DNA of 64,000 nt, taken from Candidatus Eiseniibacteriota bacterium. GTDB taxonomy: Bacteria > Eisenbacteria > RBG-16-71-46 > JABDJR01. Of the stretch, positions 8,759-20,014 are shown piece by piece. Location of the stretch: NCBI GenBank assembly GCA_963762255.1, contig CAVXKA010000003.1, forward strand, positions 864,001 to 928,000, written 5' to 3'. A program made the position numbers and the translations under genes. Positions within the stretch are counted from its first letter, which is position 1; each line of letters opens with the position of its first letter. The notes below the pieces were generated by a model, which was not told the DNA's origin, did no database searches, and worked only from the letters and a program-made list of their open reading frames with translations.

Positions 8759-10183
8759 ATGATCGCACTCGTAACCACTGTCGCCTTCTGCGCGGTGACC
8801 GGCACCTTGATGGCGATCCATCTGCGGCGCAGCGCCTGCCGCGACCAGGCCGCCCCTGCCGTTTCCTGTCCGCGGTGCCGGGCCGAGGTCCCGGAAGGCC
8901 AGGATCGGTGCCCTCGGTGCGGCGTCCCGCAACAGATCTACGAGGTCGTGAGCGCGCAGACGGTGGTTCTGGAGAACGAGCCCGAAAAGGTCGCCGGGGA
9001 GATCGCACACGCCGTCGTACGCGCCGACAAGTGCCTCGGTTGCGGCACCTGTGTGGCCGCATGCCCCGAGCCGGGCGCGATCACGCTCCAGGGGAAGCTG
9101 GCAGTCGTCAATACGGACATCTGCCTGGGTCACGGCACCTGCGCGCAGGCCTGCCCTATCGGCGCGATCTCGCTGGGTGCGGGCGCGGCGGTGCAGCGCG
9201 TCGAGGTGCCGGAAGTGGACGCGGATTTCCAGTCCAACGTGCCCGGTGTCTACATCGTGGGCGAGCTCGGAGGGCGCGGCCTCATCAAGAACGCGATCAA
9301 CGAGGGAAAGGTCGCCATCGAAGCGGTGATGCGCGAGACGCAGCTCGGCGCGCGCCGCGGCGCCGCGGACGACGTCTACGACGTCATCATCGTCGGCTCG
9401 GGACCCGCGGGGTTGAGCGCGGGTCTCGAAGCGCACCGCGCCGGCCTGCGCTACGTCATCCTGGAGCAGGGAACACCCGCCGACACGATTCGCAAGTACC
9501 CGCGGCACAAGCTCCTCCTCGCCGAACCGGTTTCCGTTCCGCTCTACGGAGATCTCTGGGTCGCAGACGCCTCGAAGGAGAGCCTCATCCAGGTGTGGGA
9601 GACGATCATCGCCAACACCGGGATCGCGATCCGCACCGATCACCGCGTCGAGGACGTCGTCCGCGACGGAGAGAACTTCAAGGTTCGCACCAGCAAGGGG
9701 GAGTACCAGGCGCGGCGGGTGGTGCTGGCGATCGGCCGGCGCGGCACCCCGCGCCGCCTAGGGGCGCCCGGCGAGGAGCTGGCCAAGGTCGTCTACGACA
9801 TCGTGGAAATGGACGCGTTCGCCGGCCGCAGAGTTCTGGTGGTAGGCGGAGGCGACAGCGCCGTGGAATCCGCCCTCGGGTTGTCCAACCAGAAGGGCAC
9901 GGTGGTGCACCTCGCCTACCGCGGCCGCGAATTCTCCCGAGTCAAGGAGCGCAATCGCGTCAAGCTCGACGAGGCCACGGCGGCGGGGCGCGTGACGCTG
10001 CTGCTGGACACGGACGTGCTGCGGATCCTCGACGAGGAGGTCGTGCTCAAGGTCGGTGGGCAGGAGACGAACCTCCCCAACGACAACGTCATCATTCGCA
10101 TCGGCGGAGAGCCCCCGTCCTCGTTCCTCGAGCGCGCCGGCGTGCGCGTGGTCCAGAAGGACGTACCCCTGGTGGCGGCATGA
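8759..10183 (+). CDS. Membrane-anchored 4Fe-4S dicluster / FAD-NAD(P)H oxidoreductase (TrxB/YpdA/FNR-like)
   Basis: N-terminal TM; CPRC...CPRC Zn ribbon; CLGCGTCVAACP and CLGHGTCAQACP; FAD motif VGSGPAGLSA; NAD(P)H motif VGGGDSA followed by YRGREFSR. Confidence 0.88.
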   Translation: MIALVTTVAFCAVTGTLMAIHLRRSACRDQAAPAVSCPRCRAEVPEGQDRCPRCGVPQQIYEVVSAQTVVLENEPEKVAGEIAHAVVRADKCLGCGTCVAACPEPGAITLQGKLAVVNTDICLGHGTCAQACPIGAISLGAGAAVQRVEVPEVDADFQSNVPGVYIVGELGGRGLIKNAINEGKVAIEAVMRETQLGARRGAADDVYDVIIVGSGPAGLSAGLEAHRAGLRYVILEQGTPADTIRKYPRHKLLLAEPVSVPLYGDLWVADASKESLIQVWETIIANTGIAIRTDHRVEDVVRDGENFKVRTSKGEYQARRVVLAIGRRGTPRRLGAPGEELAKVVYDIVEMDAFAGRRVLVVGGGDSAVESALGLSNQKGTVVHLAYRGREFSRVKERNRVKLDEATAAGRVTLLLDTDVLRILDEEVVLKVGGQETNLPNDNVIIRIGGEPPSSFLERAGVRVVQKDVPLVAA

Positions 10184-10202
10184 CCGGCGAAGGCTGCAGG
10201 GA

Positions 10203-12295
10203 ATGACCCGCCATGCGTCACGATGGCTGCGGGCGGTTCTGATGATGGGCGCGCTGCTGCTGCCGCGCGCCTCGTCCGCGCAGATCTCGCCCGGTGAGCT
10301 CTCGCGGGACCATCGCTCGCTCGAAGGTCCGCTCAACTGCCGCTCGTGCCACGCCGGCAAGACGAAGGAGATGGATCGCAACTGCCTCTCCTGTCACCAG
10401 GACATCCAGCGGCTGCGGGAGCAGAAGCGAGGATTTCACGCGCGAAACGGGGACGCACCGTGCGCGAGCTGCCATCCCGATCATGCAGGACGGGACTTCG
10501 AGCTGATCGCCTGGGACGGCGGCTCGTTCGAGAAGTTCGACCATGCGAAGGCCGGCTGGCCGCTGGCGGGCAAGCACGCCAAGGCCGCCTGCCGCGACTG
10601 CCACCAGCCCAAGCATCAGTCGGTCGAGTTCATGAAGCTCTCCAAGCGCGAGGATCCCGCCGAGAGCTGGGTCGGCCTCGAAACGGCCTGCGCCTCGTGC
10701 CACGAAGACACGCACCGAGGGGCGCTCGGCCCCGAGTGCGCCCGCTGCCACGGGAACGAAGCCTGGAAGCCCGCCACCGCCTTCGACCACGCCGCCACCG
10801 CCTTCGCGCTGACCGGCAAGCACACCGACGTGGAGTGCGCGAAGTGCCACTCGGCGGCCTCGCTCTCTCTCGCCCGCGACGACCAGGGCCGTCCGATCCC
10901 GCTGTACAAGCCGCTCCCCCACGCCGAGTGCGGCGCCTGTCACCGCGATCCGCACGAGAACCGGTTGGGCGCGGCGTGCGCTTCCTGCCACAAGACCTCC
11001 GGGTTCCGCGATCTCGCGTCCGGCCCGTTCAACCACAGCCTCACCCGCTTCGCGTTGCGCGGCGCGCACGCCTCGGTGGAATGCGCGAAATGCCATGACC
11101 CGGTGAAGGCGGGAGGCAAGCGGCCGGCTCACGATCGCTGCGACACCTGTCACCGCGATGCCCATGCGGGTCAGACCCTGCTCAAGGGCGCATCGTCCGA
11201 GCCCGTCGCTCCCGACTGCGCGGCGTGTCACGACGAGCGCGCGTTCCGGCCTTCGGTCTTCACGGTGGAGCGCCACGCCACCACCGCCTATCCGCTCGAC
11301 GGCAAGCACCGCGCGATCGAATGCCGCGCGTGCCACGCGAAGATCCCGGCAGGAGTCCCGAAGGACTCGCTCGGAACCGCCGGCGTGCTCATGAAACCCA
11401 AGTTCGCCGCGTGCCGCGACTGCCACCCGAGTCGCACGGAAAGCAGCTCGCGCGGCGCGCCGACGGGGGCGCGTGCGAGTCCTGCCATCGGGTCCAGGGG
11501 TGGAAGCCCAGCCTCTTCACCGTCGAGGACCACAGCCGCCTGAAGCTGGCGCTTCAGGGCCGCCACGCCGAGGCGGAGTGCGCCGCCTGTCACGGGCCGC
11601 GCCGCAAGGATCTGCCCGCGTTGCCCTCCGCGGAGGTGACCGGAAAGGCCGGCGTTCTCCTCGCCCTGGAGTCGGCGGAGTGTGTGAGCTGTCACGTGGA
11701 TCCGCATGCCGGAAGACTCACAGCATCCGGGAAGCCTGAGCCGGCCGTGTGCGCGTCATGCCACGGATCGGGAGGGTTCGCTCCGTCGACGCTCGACATG
11801 GTGCACCACGCCGCGCTGGGGTTCGCTCTTGAAGGGGCCCACGCGGCCGCCTCCTGCCTGGACTGCCATGCAGAACTTGCACGGCCTCGGCGCGCCTCCA
11901 CCCTCATTCTGGCCGCCATGAAGGAACCGCTGCTTCCGTTCGGCCAGAAGCGCACCGCGTGCGTCGACTGTCATGAGGACGTGCATGGCGGGCAGTTCAA
12001 GATGCGCGACGACGGCGGCGCCTGCGGCGGTTGCCACGGGCAGGAGAGCTTCAAGCCGGCCGTCCGGTTCGACCACGATCGCGGCACGGCCTTTGCTTTG
12101 CAGGGCGCCCATGCCTCGGTCGCTTGCGCGAAATGCCACATCGGCCGGGTGGACCCGGACGGCGTGAAGCGCATCGTGTATCGCCCCGTCCCACGGGATT
12201 GCGAGAGTTGCCACGGAGGGAAGCGCATGGAAGGGATGGGCGTGGAGACGCGGGCCGGCGCGCGGCCGGCACAGAGCCAGGAGGGGGAACGGTGA
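10203..12295 (+). CDS. Multiheme cytochrome c, 23 CxxCH (one frameshift near 11428)
   Basis: Signal peptide, then QISPGELSRDH. 14 CxxCH lie in the first frame and 9 in the second; the frames join as ...CRDCHP/ESHGKQL... Confidence 0.9.
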
Positions 12296-15200
12296 AGCCG
12301 ACCAGGACGTCGACTCATCACGCTGCTCCTGGCGGCGGCGTGCCTGCTTGGACGACCCGAGCAAGGGACCGGCGCTCCCGATCCCGACTACCCGCATGGG
12401 ACCTTTGAGGAGGACTGCACGACCTGCCACTCCCCCGAGGCATGGAAACCTGCGAGCTTCAGCAAGGATTTCGACCACGCCGCGTTCGGAATCCCCCTGG
12501 AGGGCGCGCACGCTCAGACCACCTGTCTGAACTGCCATCGCACGCTCGAGTTCGCGGACACCGGGACGCGCTGCGGCGGACTGCCACCAGGACATTCACC
12601 AGAGTGAGATGGGGCCGGAGTGCGCCGACTGCCACACCACGCGCAGTTTCGGCGATCGCGAGCGCATCGAGGCGCGCCACCAGGTCACCCGGTTTCCTCT
12701 GACCGGCGCCCACAGCACGCTGGATTGCGAGAGTTGTCACGGAGGGTCGGGGCAGGGGCACCTGATCTTCGTCGGCACGGCCTCGGAGTGCGCCTCCTGC
12801 CATACGAACAACTACCAGGCTACCCAGCAGCCTCCGCACGCGCTGAACGCGTTCTCCACGGAATGCACCCTCTGCCATGGAACGTCGCAATGGGATGGCG
12901 CCGTGCTGTCCGCCTCCGGGTTGCACTCCTTCGATCACGGGAAGGGCGGGTTCCCGCTGAACGGTGCCCATGCCCGGCAAGAGTGCATGAGTTGCCACGG
13001 AGACGGGACATTCGCCGGCAAGAGCATCGAGTGCGCGTCCTGCCACCAGGCCGACTACGACGGCACGACCGACCCGAACCATGCCACGGCCGGATTCGGG
13101 CTGGAATGCGCGAGCTGCCACGGGATGGAGCAGTGGAGGGGGGCAGCCTTCGATCACAATAGAACCGACTTCGCGCTCACCGGCTCCCACGTTGAACAAG
13201 AGTGTCGATCCTGCCACGGCGGCGGGGTCTACAACGGCTTGAGCACGCAGTGCGCGTCATGCCATCAGGCCGACTACGACGATACGGACGACCCGGACCA
13301 CGCGGCCGCCGGGTATCCCTTGGAGTGCGCAAACTGCCACAACACCGGAGACTGGGAGGAGGCCGAGTTCGATCATAACAAGACCCAGTTCGCGTTGACC
13401 GGGTCGCACGTGGAGCAGGAATGCCGCTCGTGCCACGGCGGCGGGGTCTACAACGGCTTGAGCACGCAGTGCGCGTCATGCCATCAGGCCGACTACGACG
13501 GCACGACCGACCCGAATCATGCCCTGGCCGGGTTCGGGGTGGAATGCGCCACATGCCACGGAACGACGCAGTGGAATGGCGTTGTCTTCGATCACACCCA
13601 GACCCAGTTCGCCCTGACCGGCTCGCACATCGAGCAGGAGTGCCGCTCCTGCCACGGCGGCGGGGTCTACAACGGCTTGAGCATGCAGTGCGCGTCATGC
13701 CACCAGGCCGACTATGACGGCACGGACGACCCGAACCACGCTCTTGCCGGGTATCCGCTGGCGTGCGAGACCTGCCACAACACCGGAGACTGGGAGGAGG
13801 CCGACTTCGATCACAACCAGACCCAGTTCGCGTTGACCGGATCGCACGTGGAGCAGGAGTGCCGCTCCTGCCACGGCGGCGGAGTTTACGACGGGCTGAG
13901 TATGGAGTGCGCCTCCTGCCATCAGGCCGATTACGACGATACGGACGACCCGAACCACGCTCTGACCGGGTTCGCTCTGGAATGCGCGACCTGCCACGGG
14001 ACGACACAGTGGGATGGAGCAACCTTCGATCACAATCAGACCGACTTCGCACTGACCGGGGCGCACGTGGGCCGGGAGTGCGCGAGCTGCCACGGTGGTG
14101 GGGTCTACGACGGACTGAGCATGGAGTGCGCCTCCTGCCATCAGGCCGACTACAGCGCCACGACGGATCCAAACCATGCTGCCGCGGGATATCCGTTGGA
14201 CTGCAAGAGCTGTCACGGGACTGCACAGTGGGACGGCGCGACCTTCGATCACAACCGGACCCAGTTCCCCCTGACCGGTTCGCACATCGAGCGGGAGTGC
14301 CGCTCGTGTCACGGCGGTGGGGTCTACGACGGGTTGGCTACCCAGTGCGCATCCTGCCATCAAGCCAACTACAACAGCACCACCGACCCCGCTCACGCGG
14401 CAGCCGGTTTCGCGCTTCAGTGCGAGACTTGCCACAACACGACGCAGTGGGACGGGGCGACTTTCGATCATACCCAGACCCAGTTCGCGTTGACCGGGTC
14501 GCACATCGAGCAGGAGTGCCGCTCATGTCATGGCGGCGGGGTCTACAACGGACTGAGCATGGAGTGCGCCTCCTGCCACCAATCGGATTACGACGGCACC
14601 ACCGACCCGAACCACGCAGCCGCCGGGTATCCCCTGGAGTGCGAGACCTGTCACGGGACGGCACGGTGGGACGGAGCCGACTTCGATCACAGCCAGACCC
14701 AGTTCGCGCTGACCGGCTCGCACATCGAGCAGGAGTGCGCGAGTTGTCACGGCGGCGGGGTCTACAACGGGCTGAGCATGGAGTGCGCTTCGTGCCACCA
14801 ATCAGATTTCAGCGCGACTACCGACCCCAATCACGCGGCGGCCGGCTTCGCGCTTCAGTGCGAGACCTGTCACAACACGACGCAGTGGGACGGGGCGACC
14901 TTCGATCACAACCAGACCCAGTTCGCGCTGACCGGCTCGCACATCGAGCAGGAGTGCCGCTCATGTCATGACGGCGGGGTCTACAACGGGCTGAGCATGG
15001 AGTGCGCCTCCTGCCACCAGCCCGACTACGACACGACCACCGACCCGAACCACGCCGCTGCGGGGTATCCGTTGGACTGCCAGACCTGCCACGGAACGGC
15101 ACAGTGGGACGGAGCCGACTTCGATCACGCCCAGACCCTCTTCCCGCTAACTGGATCGCATATCGAACAGGAATGCCGCTCATGTCACGGCGGCGGCGTC

Positions 15201-18200
15201 TACGACGGGTTAGCTACCGAGTGCGCCTCCTGCCACCAGCCCGACTACGACGGAACGACCGATCCCAACCACGCGGCGGCCGGCTTCGCGACTTCAGTGC
15301 GAGACCTGCCATAACACGGCACAGTGGGACGGGGCGACCTTCGATCACAGCCAGACCCAGTTCGCACTGACCGGGTCGCACATCGAACAGGAGTGCCGCT
15401 CGTGTCACGGCGGCGGCGTCTACGACGGGTTAGCTACCGAGTGCGCCTCCTGCCACCAGCCCGACTACGACGGAACGACCGATCCCAACCACGCGGCGGC
15501 CGGCTTCGCGCTTACAGTGCGAGACCTGCCATAACACGACACAGTGGGACGGGGCGACCTTCGATCACAGCCAGACCCAGTTCGCACTGACCGGGTCGCA
15601 CATCGAACAGGAGTGCCGCTCGTGCCACGGCGGCGGCGTCTACGACGGGTTGGCTACCGAGTGCGCCTCCTGCCACCAGCCCGACTACGACGGAACGACC
15701 GATCCCAACCACGCGACCGCTGGTTACTCCACCCTGTGCGAGACGTGCCACGGCACGATGAAGTGGGAAGGCGCAGTATTCAATCACAGCCGCACGGACT
15801 TCCCGCTGACCGGGGCGCACGTCGAGCAGGAATGCCTGAGCTGCCACACCGATGGCGTCTACGACGGCCGAGCACGCAATGCGCCTCGTGCCACCGAGCC
15901 GAACTACAACGGGACGACGGATCCGGATCATGCGGCGGCCGGCTTCCCGACGAACTGCCAGACCTGCCACAACACGACGCAGTGGGAAGGGGCCACCTTC
16001 AACCACTCCAGACACAGCTTCCCGCTGACGGGATGCACACGTTCGCCAGAGTGCGACGCCTGCCACGGCGGCGGGGTCTTCGACGGCGAACCACGGAGTG
16101 CTTCTCCTGCCACCAGGCCGACTTCAACGGGACGACGAATCCCAATCACGTCAGCGCCGGCTTCCCCACGATTGCGCAGACGTGCCACACCACCAGCGGT
16201 GGCCGGGGGCCACCTTCAACCACTCAGACGATCTTCCCGCTGACCGGGGCCCACACCAGCGCGGACTGCAGCAGCTGCCACACCGGCGGGCGTCTACCAG
16301 GGGACCTCACACGCTGTGCTATTCCTGCCACCAGGCCGACTACAACGGGACCACGAATCCCAATCACGTCAGCGCCGGGTTCCCCCACGACTGCAGCACC
16401 TGTCACACCACGACAGCGGCTGGCCGGGAGCCACCTTCAACCACTCAGATCGCTTCCCGCTGACCGGCGGCTCACATCAGCGTCGGACTGCAGCACCTGC
16501 CACAGCGGCGGCGTCTACCAGGGACTGACCACCCTGTGCTATGCCTGCCACCAGGCCGACTACAACGGGACCACAAATCCCAATCACGCGCAGCGCCGGG
16601 TTCCCCGACCTGCAGCACCTGTCACAACACGAGCGTGGGCGGGAGCCGACTTCAACACAACCAGACTCGCTTCCCGCTGACCGGCGGCCACACGGCGTCA
16701 GGAGTGCCGCAACTGCCACGCCGGCGGTGTCTACCAGGGCATGACCACCGCTGTGCTACTCCTGCCACCAGGCCGACTACAACGGGACGACGAATCCCAA
16801 TCACGCGCAGGCCGGCTTCCCCATGAGTGCCAGACCTGCCACACCACCACGGCTGGGCCGGAGCGACCTTCAATCACTCCAGAGCGATCTTCCCGCTGAC
16901 CGGCGCCCACACGAACGTGGAGTGCAGCACTTGCCACGCCGGCGGCGTCTACAAGGGACTCGCACCCTGTGCTACTCCTGCCACCAGGCCGACTACAACG
17001 GGACAACGATCCCAATCACGCAGCGCCGGGTTTCTCACGATTGCGAGACCTGCCACACCATCAACGGCTGGCCGGGGGCCACCTTCAGCCATCGGACAGC
17101 TTCCCGATGACCGGGGCACACACGGCGTGCGAGCTGCACGAACTGCCACGCCGGCGGCGTCTACAGGGACTCGCACCCTCTGCTACTCCTGCCACCAGGG
17201 CGACTACAACGGGACCACGAATCCCAACCACGCCAACGCCGGTTTCTCACCGACTGCAGCACGTGCCACACCTCCACGGCTGGCCCGGAGCCACCTTCAA
17301 TCACCACGAGCTTCCCGCTGACCGGGGGCACAGCAACGTGGAGTGCAGCACCTGCCACGCCGGCGGCGTCTACAAGGGACTCGCACCCTGTGCTACTCCT
17401 GCCACCAGGCCGACTACAGCGGCACCACGAATCCCAACCACGCCCAGGCCGGCTTCTCGCCTGCAGTGCAGACCTGCCACACCACAACGGCTGGCCGGGA
17501 GCCACCTTCAACCACTCACAGACGAGCTTCCCGCTGACCGGCGCCCACATCGACAGGAGTGCCTGCCTCCTGCCACGGCGGCGGGGTGTACAACGGACCT
17601 CCACCGAGTGCTACTCCTGCCACCAGGCCGACTACGACGGGACCACCGACCCCAATCACGCCCGCCGGCTTCCCGGCTGACTGTGCCAGACGTGTCACAA
17701 CACCACGACCTGGCTTGGCGCCGTCTTCGATCACAACCAGTCGCAGTTTCCCCTCACCGGGGCCCATCTGGCCGTGGAATGCATGAGCTGCCACGGCGGC
17801 GGGGTCTACAACGGGTTGAGCACGCAATGCGCCTCCTGCCACCAGTCGGACTACAACGGCACGACGGATCCCAATCACGCCGCCGGCCGGGTTCTCGCTC
17901 CCAATGCCAGACCTGCCACACCACGACCGCCTGGCCGGGCGCGACATTCAACCACAGCCAGACGAGCTTCCCGCTTACGGGGTCGCACGTTCAGCAAGAG
18001 TGCCTGAGCTGTCACGGCGGCGGGGTCTACAACGGGTTGAGCACGCAATGCGCCTCCTGCCATCAGTCGGACTACAACGGCACGACGGACCCCAACCATA
18101 CCGCCGCCGGATTCCCGCTCCAGTGCCAGACCTGCCACAACACCACAACCTGGCAGGGGGCCACGTTCGATCACGATTCGCAGAACTTCCCGATCTATTC

Positions 18201-18397
18201 CGGCAGGCACCGCGACAAGTGGGATGTGTGCACCGACTGCCACACGAACGCGACCAACTACTCGGTCTTCTCCTGTCTGGGCTGCCACCCGCACTCCGAC
18301 AAGTGGGAAGACCGACTCGGATCACCGGGGCGAGTCGGGCTACAGGTACGACAGCGCGGCCTGCTACAACTGTCATCCTCGGGGTCAGGGGGGCTGA
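12292..18397 (+). CDS. Giant repeat-built multiheme cytochrome c, ~2030 aa, ~82 CxxCH (many frameshifts)
   Basis: GTG overlaps the upstream stop and follows GAGGGGG. 36 CxxCH are in the intact ORF 12609-15314; the same module continues across shifting frames to CYNCHPRGQGG-TGA at 18397. Confidence 0.85.
13149..18165 (+). repeat. Intragenic tandem repeat, 23 units of ~219 bp (73 aa, three hemes each)
   Basis: Unit F(D/N)HxxTxFxLTGxHxxxECxxCHxGGVYxGLxxxCxSCHQxDYxGTTxPNHxxAGF/YxxxCxTCHxTxxWxGAx. Units start at 13149, 13368 and so on; 5017 bp / 219 is about 23. Confidence 0.95.
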
Positions 18398-20014
18398 TGT
18401 TCGAGTTCATCCGCGGCGCGATCCTCCTCCTGGCCGCGCTGCTCGGCCTCTCCACCGTCGCGGGGGGCAGGAGGCACCGATCTCTCCCGCCGGCGCCGAC
18501 TTCCGTGGCCCATGTCACTTACATCACCGGGGGGCTCGTCTACCTGGACGCCGGCCGCGAGGACGGACTCGAAGTGGGCCGGGAACTGAGCGTGGAGCGC
18601 GAGGGTGCGGTCATCGCGACGATTCGGGTCGAGCACGTCGCCTCCCATCGCGCGTCGTGCTCGATCGTCGGTACCGGCGAGGCGCCTCGCGAGGGCGACG
18701 TGGTCCGTTACGCCCCGCGACCGGGAACGGAGTCGGGCGATTCGACCGCCTCGTCGGCCCCGATCCAGGTCGGGACGGGTCGTGACGGCCGGACTCTTCG
18801 CCAGCTCGGCCTGCGGGGACGGGTCGGCATCCGGTATCTCACCGCGCTAGATCAGACCGATTTCGGGGCCGACTTCACGCAGCCGTCGCTCGATCTTCTC
18901 CTCACGGGAACCGCGGTCGCCGGCAGCCCCTTCAGCTTCGCGCTCGACACCCGCGCGCGCCGCACCTACCGCACGCACGCGGACGGATCGCACACGGATG
19001 ACGGACGGACGCGGGTCTACCGGCTGAACGCGTCGCACCAGGCGACCGGATCCCCGCTGCGGATCTCGCTGGGACGCCAGGTGTCACCGGATCTCGCCTC
19101 GGTGAGCCTCTTCGACGGCGCGCTCGCCGAGTACGGACGCGCGACCACGGCCTGGGGGCTCTTCGGCGGGGCCACCAGCCCGATCCGGAGTCGTACGGCG
19201 TTAGCTCGCACGTCCTGGAGTACGGGACCTACGCCCGCGTGCAGAGCCCGCAGGGGCACTCGCTCAGGTGGTCGGCCACCGGGGGCGGGATTCGCTCGCT
19301 CGTGGACGGTGTACGCGATCGCGATTACGTCTTCTTGCGCGGGCAGCTCATGGACTCGCGCGTGTACGGATACGTGAGCCAGGAGATCGACGTCGACGAG
19401 TGGCGCGCCTCGGAGGGCGACCGGCGGCTCTTCTCGCCCACCAGCACGTACGCCGGCTTTCGGTGGCAGGCGGTGGAGTGGCTGAGCCTCAATGCCGGTT
19501 TCGACAACCGGAGGAGCGTGCGCCTCTATCAGGACCCGAGACCCCGGAGCACCGAATTCGACTACAGCTTCCGGCGAGGTCTGCGCGGAGGAGCGACGCT
19601 GCGACTCCAGGCAATCGCTTCACGCTGGGGACCAGCGCGCAGACCAACCGGGGCGGTTCGGGCGGCTCCTCCGACTCGTACACGATCACCTCACGGGCCG
19701 CCCGCGTGTCCCCTCTCTCGATCGACCTGGCCAGCCGGCACACGCGCTTCACGGGTCCGCTCACCGAGGGCTGGCTGCATTCCGCGAGCGCTGCCGCGCC
19801 GATCGGTCCTCGTCGCCGCGTGGAATTCGAAGGCGGCCGGCGTCAGGAAACCCGTTCGTTCGGTCCGGCCACATCCGTCGCCACGACGTGGTACGGGGTG
19901 AACGCCGACGTGGGATTGTGGTCGGGCTGGTACTTCCTGCTCTCGGTGACGTCCACGCGCGGCGACACCGAGAAGAACGATCAGATCTACTCGAGCCTCT
20001 CCTACCGCTTCTGA
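18397..20014 (+). CDS. Probable outer-membrane beta-barrel protein with small N-terminal beta domain (frameshifts near 19180-19210 and 19540-19620)
   Basis: ATG overlaps the cytochrome stop (TGATG); signal peptide; alternating amphipathic strands (TYAGFRWQ, LSLNAGFD, WYGVNADVGL, WYFLLSVT); ends YSSLSYRF with a terminal Phe. Confidence 0.72.

Noticed and set aside
15290-17900. Programmed frameshifting or phase variation in the cytochrome
   Set aside because: Indels are numerous, irregular, not at a consistent slippery site, and also hit neighbouring housekeeping genes; sequencing error is simpler.
13149-18165. Tandem array as a CRISPR or a diversity-generating retroelement
   Set aside because: Units are 219-bp coding repeats without unique spacers; no cas or reverse transcriptase gene is present, and I saw no adenine-specific pattern of variation.
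16969-19377. 802-aa ORF suggesting a cytochrome-porin fusion
   Set aside because: Produced by an indel near 18305; the true cytochrome frame stops at TGA 18397, overlapping the next ATG, which starts a signal peptide.
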